Shown here: piece after piece, positions 57,133-64,000 of the stretch
Numbering within the stretch: the first letter of the stretch is position 1
How the letters are laid out: each line of letters opens with the position of its first letter
NCBI GenBank assembly: GCA_036170915.1
Contig: JAVHQC010000022.1
Location: forward strand, 255,420-319,419
Length of the DNA stretch: 64,000 bases
Reading direction: 5' to 3'
Origin: Cyanobacteria bacterium auto_48_18
Lineage (GTDB): Bacteria > Cyanobacteriota > Vampirovibrionia > Obscuribacterales > Obscuribacteraceae
Made by a program: the position numbers and the translations under genes
The notes under the pieces: generated by a model
What the model was told of the DNA's origin: nothing
What the model saw: the letters and a program-made list of their open reading frames with translations, nothing else
Database searches by the model: none

Positions 57133-58101
57133 ATGAATAGTCGTGTAGGCAAGAGCTTTGATCCACTAACACAATTTCACAGTATGCGCAGGCTTTTCCC
57201 CGATCGGGTCCGCAAGTGTTGCGCTGAGAAGATTAATAGTTTGCATAAAAAGGGTCTTGTCGATGTAACTACAGTAGACATGGGCGGCACTTGGTCCGGG
57301 GGATTGCGAAAGTTGCCTTGGGACAGCTCCTTTTTTCAAATCGGTATCGGACGAATTGAATTTTTGGGAACGGAAAGAGTCGAGTTCGACCTAGAGAAAG
57401 ACTTAGTGGAAGCGATGTCCTTTATTCGCCACCTAAAAAAGACAGCGTCGTCACTCGAAATCGACTATTTGTCAGTGCAAGTTGATACCAGCGATGTGCT
57501 CCAGCTGGCTTCGCTTCAAGCGGAAGGTTTTATTATCGTCGATACGATTGTTTGCTATCTTTTGGATTTAAAAAATATCGTGCCATCAGAAAACAGCTTG
57601 GTACGTGAAGCTTTGATTACCGAAAATGAGTCTGTGGCTGAAATTGCACGGGTTTGCTTTAGGTCTCCGAGTTTCAATTCCAATCGATTCAATAGTGATC
57701 CGCTGTTCTCAGTCGATCAAATAGGTACAATGTATTCAATCTGGGGCCTCAAAAGTGTAAGTGGAGAAATGGCCGATAAGGTCCTAGTCTATGACGATGG
57801 TAATGGCCCTTCCGGCTTTATCACTATCAACCTTCCTGATTCCTTCGATACTATCGCTGGCTTGAACCTGGGTAGTATTCCGCTAAACGCTGTTGTTCCC
57901 CATCGACATGGGATGGGAATATATAGCGCCCTAGTGCAAGGCGCCTTACTCGAATTAAAAAGAAACAGCATTGACTGGGTTGATATTCGAACTCAGTTAC
58001 CGAATACGGCCGTGCATAAGACGTGGCAAAAATTAGGAGCAAATCCAGTTTTAAGCTACCACACGCTCAGGCATTATGCCCAAATACCCGCAACTAAGTG
58101 A
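57133..58101 (+). CDS. WecD/RffC-like dTDP-aminosugar N-acetyltransferase (GNAT)
   Basis: 'LPWDSSFF', 'RF..DP.F', 'Y..W', 'GMGI', 'TQ..N' pattern typical of WecD. Confidence 0.75.
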   Translation: MNSRVGKSFDPLTQFHSMRRLFPDRVRKCCAEKINSLHKKGLVDVTTVDMGGTWSGGLRKLPWDSSFFQIGIGRIEFLGTERVEFDLEKDLVEAMSFIRHLKKTASSLEIDYLSVQVDTSDVLQLASLQAEGFIIVDTIVCYLLDLKNIVPSENSLVREALITENESVAEIARVCFRSPSFNSNRFNSDPLFSVDQIGTMYSIWGLKSVSGEMADKVLVYDDGNGPSGFITINLPDSFDTIAGLNLGSIPLNAVVPHRHGMGIYSALVQGALLELKRNSIDWVDIRTQLPNTAVHKTWQKLGANPVLSYHTLRHYAQIPATK

Positions 58102-58176
58102 AGTTGAGGAGTTATTCATGTGGCACTTGGTTTTTTGAAGCATAATTGCAACGCTTGACTGAGGCGGTATGTCCGT

Positions 58177-60447
58177 ATGGAAGTGCACTTAGGGCAAACG
58201 GATATTTCGGCGAAAAAGAGATGGAGTCTAGCCGTTTTGCTAGTTTTCTCTTTTTTGGCGCTTAGCTTTGCTGCCTGTGGCACTCCGAAGTTTGAGACTA
58301 ACGACGATGTTGTGATGTCTATGATCGCATCGGGGGTTGGATTTGTTGACAAGCCCAATGACCATCTCCTGTACTCGCATTTTCTGGTCGGAAGGCTTTT
58401 AAACTCTCTCTATAGGTTGAACGGTGCCCTTCCATGGTACGCAATTTACCTATTGACCAGCAACATCATCAGTATTGCTGTCATTACTAATTTGATATTA
58501 CGAAAAGGGAATCGTCTTACCAGCCAAATTCTAATTCCGATTTTTTTTCTCTCAGTTTGTCTCCGTCCAACTCAACTACTTCAGTTCACCACTGCTGCCT
58601 CCCTCGCTTCAGCGGCTGGAGCGATCACCTTTTTGAGCGCACTCGAAGGAGAGCTTTGTTGGCGGCAATTGTTGAAGCCGCTAAGTGGCTCTGTGTGTTT
58701 ATTTGCCCTGGGCGCATTCATCCGTTTTGGAAGCGCAAAGCTTATTGCTGTCTACGCGGCTACATTTTTGGTGGCGCGAGTGTTAACAGATCGCAATTGG
58801 CTCAAACTGAAAATCGGTTTCGCTTTTTTTGCACTTGTTGTGGGCATGGCGTCGGCCGCGGAATATAGCAACGAAGTCTACTATGCCAGGGGTGGCTGGA
58901 GCGAGTTTTACAAGCTGAATCCACTTCGATTTAGCTTGACCGAGTTTGGTCGAACAACCACATTGACCACAGGTATAATTTCTTCATTTAAGGCCGTCGG
59001 ATGGTCGCCTGCAGATAATGATATGTTCCTGAAAATGTACGTCCTTGATCGTGACATTTATTCACTGGATCACCTGCGGCAATTAGATGCAAATATTCCG
59101 CGCTTAAAGCAAGTCGACTTTAATCAGACTTGGTCGAGCTTAATGGATGTTTTGGGAAACATCACTATCTTTCCAATTATTGCTACTTCTGTACTAGCGG
59201 TATTGGTAGTATCGAAAACGAAGCTTTCGTACTTTTCAAAAGTATTCTATGTTTTTGCTCTGTGTGTATCAACCGTATTGATGCAGATTACGATGAAACT
59301 TCCCCTCTACTTATTCTCTGGCGTAATCGGATTTACAGCTGCAGCTTTCATCTGGAGTGCAGCTTCGGATTCTTTGGCTGATGATTTTAAAAAGCTGTCT
59401 AAAGCTCAGCCAGTGTTTTGGTCAGTGCTGTTAATGTTGACCTTGCTTTTCTGGTGTCAGGCGGTTGTCGAATATCGGGAAAAAACCGCGAGTGTAGGTG
59501 AGCGCGGTAAAGAGTTTAAGACCATGCTCCAGGGTTGGAATCGCGATTATCTATACGTGGTGTGGGCTTGTGGGCTGCCCTACGAAGTCATACCGCCATT
59601 TGACAATATTCACGACTACTTTGGCGGTTTAAAATTAGCCGGCATCAATTTTTTAGCACGAACGCCTATTACGATCGAACGGTTGCAAGGCTTTGGCATC
59701 GCTGACCTAGCAGGGCAAATTACCAATGAACAGATCCGCCTGGTATCTTTGGATTGGTTAAATAGTTCGATGAAAAATTTTGTTCTTGAGCATTACCACA
59801 AGAGTGTCATCTTTGAGAATACACTCACTAACGATAAGTTGAATGTCAAAGTTTTTAAAGCCGAAGAAATCAACTCTGTCGTGCAAGAAAAAGAGTTAAG
59901 TCAATGGACTGAAGAGCAAAAAGCTGTTTATGTTTGTTCACCCACTGACGGGATAGAACTTACTCTGTTTCCTTCCACCAGATTTCAGTGGAGTCTCTTG
60001 CAGATGTGTCACGAAAGCACTCCTCGATCATTTTGGCCAAGTGAAGAGTTCCCACTTTGTTCACATTGCCGTGCGATAGAAGCTATTGATTCAAAATACA
60101 AATCAACTGGATTAATGCCTACTCTTAGTTCATTCACGCCCATAAACATAAAAGCTGATGAAATGTCTGAAGTGTTTATCGAAATTTCAATTCCGGATCC
60201 GGCTAAAGGAACTGTAGCTATGATCGAATTCAACGTCGGTTTACCGGAATCAAAGAAAGTGTTGATACCCTTTCACGTCGATAAAAATTTACACCGATAT
60301 GAATTGAACTTGAAAAAATTGAACTTGCCAGCCGGCTATATGATTAAAAACATGAACGTGCATCCTGTATACGTGAGAACAAATGGCTCAAATAAGACAT
60401 TTGTTTTGAAACGTTTCGGCTTTGTCCGCAGAAAAGCCGATGATTAG
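58177..60447 (+). CDS. Polytopic membrane protein, putative GT-C ('NDD' family copy 3) with extra C-terminal domain
   Basis: 'FETNDD', 'PNDHL', 'WY', 'LQFTT', 'GWSEFY..N', plus about 190 extra aa of beta-rich C-terminus. Confidence 0.6.
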   Translation: MEVHLGQTDISAKKRWSLAVLLVFSFLALSFAACGTPKFETNDDVVMSMIASGVGFVDKPNDHLLYSHFLVGRLLNSLYRLNGALPWYAIYLLTSNIISIAVITNLILRKGNRLTSQILIPIFFLSVCLRPTQLLQFTTAASLASAAGAITFLSALEGELCWRQLLKPLSGSVCLFALGAFIRFGSAKLIAVYAATFLVARVLTDRNWLKLKIGFAFFALVVGMASAAEYSNEVYYARGGWSEFYKLNPLRFSLTEFGRTTTLTTGIISSFKAVGWSPADNDMFLKMYVLDRDIYSLDHLRQLDANIPRLKQVDFNQTWSSLMDVLGNITIFPIIATSVLAVLVVSKTKLSYFSKVFYVFALCVSTVLMQITMKLPLYLFSGVIGFTAAAFIWSAASDSLADDFKKLSKAQPVFWSVLLMLTLLFWCQAVVEYREKTASVGERGKEFKTMLQGWNRDYLYVVWACGLPYEVIPPFDNIHDYFGGLKLAGINFLARTPITIERLQGFGIADLAGQITNEQIRLVSLDWLNSSMKNFVLEHYHKSVIFENTLTNDKLNVKVFKAEEINSVVQEKELSQWTEEQKAVYVCSPTDGIELTLFPSTRFQWSLLQMCHESTPRSFWPSEEFPLCSHCRAIEAIDSKYKSTGLMPTLSSFTPINIKADEMSEVFIEISIPDPAKGTVAMIEFNVGLPESKKVLIPFHVDKNLHRYELNLKKLNLPAGYMIKNMNVHPVYVRTNGSNKTFVLKRFGFVRRKADD

Positions 60448-60474
60448 CGGACTTCTTGAGTTTGTGGAGAGGAA

Positions 60475-61893
60475 TTGATGTCTGAAGTAATCTCCTTGGA
60501 CGGCGTAGTTGTAGCCGCAGATGCGGTTCGCGAATCAGCGAAATTTATCAGAGAAAATTTCACAGGGCATTTCGTTAGCTGGGATGCTTTCCGGTTTTGT
60601 CTGGAGTTGTATCGCCGCGCTTTGTTTACGCCGTTCCCAATTATTAGTCCATCGCTTGAGTTTGGCATCGAAGATGGCTTTGCCTCTTATTTTCGGCACC
60701 GAGACGAGCAGTCTATCGACTTCGGTGCGGAGTTGCCCTCCGGAGCCAGCCTAGAAAGTTTTGGCATTAGCCCTTCAATTCATTTTGATCATTTTAAAAA
60801 TTTGATTGGCATGGATTTATGTGCCATGCCTTTTGCTGACAATACCTTTGCCTCGATTTCTATTTCACATGCATTGTCCAGCGGACAAAATCTGGAAAGA
60901 CTTTTTAGCGAAATTTTGAGAGTGTTGGCGCCGGGCGGTGGCTGTACCTATGCCTGTGACATTGATCAATGGCTCAAGTTTAAAGAACTAAACCGTTGGC
61001 TTCACGAAGTAAATCCGAAGGTCTCCCTTTATAGCAAAGAGTATCATTTAGAACTTTTGCAAAGAATTGGCGCTGTAAAAATTCAATACCGAACCTTCTT
61101 TCCCGCAGCACTTGAATCTGTACTAGTAGGCGTCATGAATACAATGCCCGCCAGTTTCAGAACTACACTGGCGACAGAGATCGGCCACGGTGGTGAAGTA
61201 GATCAACTTGCGAGCATGATGGATGATGTTTTTTGCACTCTCATTGAGCAAGAATTGTCGCGACCTGTAGGTCCGGAAGATGCGTTTCATATCTTCGTCA
61301 CTTTCAAAAAGGCCGGTTCTCTTCCTCTTGATCTGCCAGTTCCACTGCCCGTCTGCGCTATTTGCCACAGTCAGGTATCCCTGGCAGATATTTCGTCGAA
61401 GGTGTGCGTAGCTTGCGGTGAGCATTATTCTGTTCATGCTGGAGTGCCGTTAATGGTTCGCTCGGACCATCCCCTCTACTCCAATTCTAATTTACGTGAA
61501 CAGGCTGCTGGCCTGGCAAAAGCAGCCGACAGCGCGCTTACTACCGTTCTACCTCAGCTAGCCACTGGGCCGTTTTACGTTATTTATGATGGCGTAAGTC
61601 CTGTTGCCGGCCTCAAGGCACCAAATATTCTCACTTCATTCCTGCAGTTTCATGAAATCGCGATCTCCGGAATAATTGCTTTGAATGTCGCATCGGATTT
61701 GAATTTTAAAGGTTTTCCAATTGTGCAGCTCGAAGATCTGCCGAGTGACGTCAAACTCGTTCTCTTCACCGCTGACCGTCACCAGCCGGCGCGCTGGCTG
61801 GCAAAATTGCGCGAACACGGCGTTAAAGGGAATTTTTACGCCATTCACTGGGACGAGGGAGTAATTCCGTCCTTGAAAATTTTGGCTGTGTAG
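60475..61893 (+). CDS. Divergent methyltransferase-like protein with internal Trm112-like zinc ribbon
   Basis: 'LEFGIEDG', 'DLCAMPFADNTF', 'RVLAPGG', 'CAIC...CVAC...Y....GVP'. Confidence 0.65.
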   Translation: MMSEVISLDGVVVAADAVRESAKFIRENFTGHFVSWDAFRFCLELYRRALFTPFPIISPSLEFGIEDGFASYFRHRDEQSIDFGAELPSGASLESFGISPSIHFDHFKNLIGMDLCAMPFADNTFASISISHALSSGQNLERLFSEILRVLAPGGGCTYACDIDQWLKFKELNRWLHEVNPKVSLYSKEYHLELLQRIGAVKIQYRTFFPAALESVLVGVMNTMPASFRTTLATEIGHGGEVDQLASMMDDVFCTLIEQELSRPVGPEDAFHIFVTFKKAGSLPLDLPVPLPVCAICHSQVSLADISSKVCVACGEHYSVHAGVPLMVRSDHPLYSNSNLREQAAGLAKAADSALTTVLPQLATGPFYVIYDGVSPVAGLKAPNILTSFLQFHEIAISGIIALNVASDLNFKGFPIVQLEDLPSDVKLVLFTADRHQPARWLAKLREHGVKGNFYAIHWDEGVIPSLKILAV

Positions 61894-61936
61894 TTAAACT
61901 CCAGAGTCAGCTTAAACACCAAAACTGATACAGGGA

Positions 61937-63154
61937 TCAGCAATGCGCAAATTTATTTTTCAATTTGTTCATGGGTGCTTCCAAAATTGTCCAGGAAAGT
62001 AGCGCAACAAGATACGTAAAAATGAGGCTCAGAACAAAGCGGATGACCCAGCTAGACCAGCCCTCGCCTAATTGTTCCGTCCATTTAAAAACCTGGTACA
62101 GGCAAAAATTGTGCCACAAATACATGGTGTAAGTCTTTTTGCCAAATCCGGTCAGTATCTTGTTGCTGAACAATTTTTGACAGGGAGGCCAGTAGCAAGT
62201 GCAAGCTACTAAAGCGGCAAATGCGGCAGCACACCAGGTTATCGATGGTGTCATCCACAAACTGTTCATCCCAATATCGGGCAGTGAATATATGGTAGCG
62301 GCCAAAATTGTGAGTGCGATGGCAAAAATTAGTGCCCCGAATTTTGCGCAGAGCTTTTGCAAGCCGGCCGAATTGTGATTGTAATTGGCCAGCAGCGCGC
62401 CTATCATCAAGGGATCCATATGGGCGAAAGTGTTCAGATACCAGATTGTGTGACCAAAATATCGTATTTGCAGAAATAATCTTAGGGCGACACTACAGCC
62501 AATTAAAGCGTAAAGTAGGCCTAGTCGAGTCCTGACAGTTTTGCTGATGATTAGACAGACAGGCCAAAAAATGTAGAACTGTTCTTCGATGCAAAGCGAC
62601 CACGTTGGTCCCAGCATTCGTAGAACCATGTTCACGTCAACGCCCGTTAATTTCCAGTGAGCAATTATGGCGTCTATGCCAAAGATGTCAGGCATACCAA
62701 GACTGCGGCAAAAGGGCGAAATTATCTCAGTCATATTGCTGACGAACAAAAAATAGGGCCAAAATAATGTGCCTGCTTGCTTGAGGAAGGTGCCGAAATG
62801 ATGGCCCAGTGTCGAATGCAGGAGGGGGACAAAAAAACAGGCCAGAATAATTACAGTGAAATAGGGTGGCCAGATTCGCAAGACTCGTCTGGCGTAAAAA
62901 AGAGGCAAACTAATACTGCCGTACTCGCCCATCTCTTTTAGTAGCAAACTGGTAATTAGAAATCCGCTGATGACAAAGAAAAGATCAACCCCGAGCCAAC
63001 CCCAGGCGCAAAATTGATTCAAAAGGTCGGTGATGCCACTGAAACCGGCCACTCCCGGCATTTTGCCGCTATGGTGAAAAAATACAAGTAAAAAGGCTAC
63101 GGTTCTCAGTCCATCAATGCCGGGCCAGTAGGTTGTTTTCACGGCGGATGACAT
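61937..63154 (-). CDS. Acyltransferase-3 (OafA-like) O-acyltransferase
   Basis: 'IDGLR..A..LV...H', 'GVDLFFVISGFLIT', 'RRVLRIWP', 'WSLCIEEQFY', 'Y.MYLWH', 'EAP'. Confidence 0.92.
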   Translation of the reverse strand: MSSAVKTTYWPGIDGLRTVAFLLVFFHHSGKMPGVAGFSGITDLLNQFCAWGWLGVDLFFVISGFLITSLLLKEMGEYGSISLPLFYARRVLRIWPPYFTVIILACFFVPLLHSTLGHHFGTFLKQAGTLFWPYFLFVSNMTEIISPFCRSLGMPDIFGIDAIIAHWKLTGVDVNMVLRMLGPTWSLCIEEQFYIFWPVCLIISKTVRTRLGLLYALIGCSVALRLFLQIRYFGHTIWYLNTFAHMDPLMIGALLANYNHNSAGLQKLCAKFGALIFAIALTILAATIYSLPDIGMNSLWMTPSITWCAAAFAALVACTCYWPPCQKLFSNKILTGFGKKTYTMYLWHNFCLYQVFKWTEQLGEGWSSWVIRFVLSLIFTYLVALLSWTILEAPMNKLKNKFAHC

Positions 63155-63362
63155 ATCCCGTTTCCATCTCAAAGCCAACCAGAATACAGTTACAGGCTGG
63201 CGAAGCCAGTTTAGATAAAGTTTAGAACCTGTATATACGGCGGGCTCAGCTTTATGAAACTTGATTTGTGCGGCAGTTTGTTTGGCTTTGGCCATCCGTC
63301 GTGATACTCTTTCATATTCGGATATATGTTGTAGGCAACGCAATAAAGCGTTTGGAGATGTC

Positions 63363-63908
63363 ATGAAGGTAATTTTGCACCACTCTGTTGAAAAGCTCGG
63401 CCAAGCTGGAGACATTGTTGAAGCCGCTCCCGGTTATTTCCGTAATTTTCTTGAACCACGCAATTTAGCAGTGGCTGCCACAAAAGGAACGCTGAAGAAG
63501 CGTGAAGAAGATCTGGCTGGTGTGAAGAAGAAAGCCCAACAAATGCATGCTGCAGCTGTTGAAAAGGCCGAAAAAATTACTGCTCTGGTTGCTATTCACC
63601 ACGTGGCTAAAGTTGGCGAAAGCGGCAAGCTGTTCGGCAAAATCACTAACAAAGAAATTGCTGAATTGATTGAGAAACAAGTTGGTTTTGCCGTCGATAA
63701 GCGTTTGGTCAAAACTGAAAACGAAATTCACGCTCTTGGTGTTTACAAAGTCACCGTTAAGTTGGCCAATGAAGTTTCTACCGATCTTCAGTTGGAAGTG
63801 CTTCGTGAAGGTGCTACACCAACCACTGGTAAGAACGTACAACCTAAAGCCGAAGCATCTGCTGTTGAAGCCGACGCCGAAGCTGAAACTGAAGCTGCAG
63901 CCGTTTAG
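63363..63908 (+). CDS. rplI: 50S ribosomal protein bL9
   Basis: 'MKVIL...V..LG..GDIV....GY.RNFL.P', 'GKLFG.IT', 'I..LG.Y'. GGAG RBS. Confidence 0.96.
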   Translation: MKVILHHSVEKLGQAGDIVEAAPGYFRNFLEPRNLAVAATKGTLKKREEDLAGVKKKAQQMHAAAVEKAEKITALVAIHHVAKVGESGKLFGKITNKEIAELIEKQVGFAVDKRLVKTENEIHALGVYKVTVKLANEVSTDLQLEVLREGATPTTGKNVQPKAEASAVEADAEAETEAAAV

Positions 63909-63937
63909 GCCCGCAAGTTTCAAACTCTATCTTATAG

Positions 63938-63979
63938 AAAATGCCATTGCACTCAGGTGAAATGGCATTTTTGTTTGTT
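63938..63979 (+). terminator. Rho-independent terminator of rplI
   Basis: AAAATGCCATT-GCACTCAGGTGA-AATGGCATTTT stem running into a T-rich tail. Confidence 0.8.
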
Positions 63980-64000
63980 GACACCATCGGTGGTGTCGCT

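Noticed and set aside
58177..58290. Lipobox-like FAA-C in the third NDD protein
   Set aside because: It aligns with TM1 of the two paralogues, which lack a lipobox, so it is probably coincidental.
63155..63415. Apparent overlap of the long AT3 ORF with the extended rplI ORF
   Set aside because: Artefact of longest-ORF calling. The likely starts are 63154 and 63363, leaving a normal divergent spacer.
721..63960. Numerous 60-180 aa antisense or alternate-frame ORFs in the track (e.g. 19999-20529, 63465-63923)
   Set aside because: They are shadows of well-supported genes and show no recognisable motifs.
1..64000. CRISPR arrays, tRNA/rRNA genes, transposases, integrases, integron attC arrays
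   Set aside because: No regularly spaced repeats, cloverleafs or recombinase motifs were recognised by eye. Weak attC-like sites cannot be excluded without a covariance search.
1..64000. Phase-variable homopolymer tracts in glycosyltransferase genes
   Set aside because: The longest runs noticed are about 7-8 nt (e.g. T8 near 58541, G6 near 1986) and all host ORFs are intact.

Overview
A 64-kb bacterial cell-surface glycosylation island, probably from a non-photosynthetic relative of Cyanobacteria (Vampirovibrionia/Melainabacteria, e.g. Obscuribacterales). That assignment is inferred from a cyanobacterial-type SbcD, a Ycf52-type GNAT and a stand-alone rplI, and is not proven. About 45 of roughly 57 genes concern glycans: GT2/GT4/GT41-like transferases, six large GT-C-like membrane proteins (three are paralogues sharing an 'NDD' loop motif), three GtrB/ArnC-type polyprenyl-phosphate transferases, NDP-sugar enzymes (ManB, LegB-like, RmlB-like, WecE, WecD-like, DegT, WbjD/WbvR-like), AsnB, two WbqC proteins, two acyltransferase-3 proteins, methyltransferases, and an ACP/SDR/adenylation module. 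A short housekeeping block (sbcD, rlmD, ycf52-like GNAT) sits at 16-21 kb and rplI at the right end. Three toxin-antitoxin loci lie between the glycan blocks; one has an internally deleted toxin. The best candidate for an undescribed system is a coupled radical SAM (twitch/SPASM)-GNAT-HTTM-degenerate GT operon divergent from an AsnB-WbqC-dehydratase-aminotransferase-GT41-SGNH-GT-C operon. Several genes have sigma70-like promoters placed for leaderless translation. No rRNA, tRNA, CRISPR array or transposase was recognised. All family calls come from reading motifs by eye; no searches were run.
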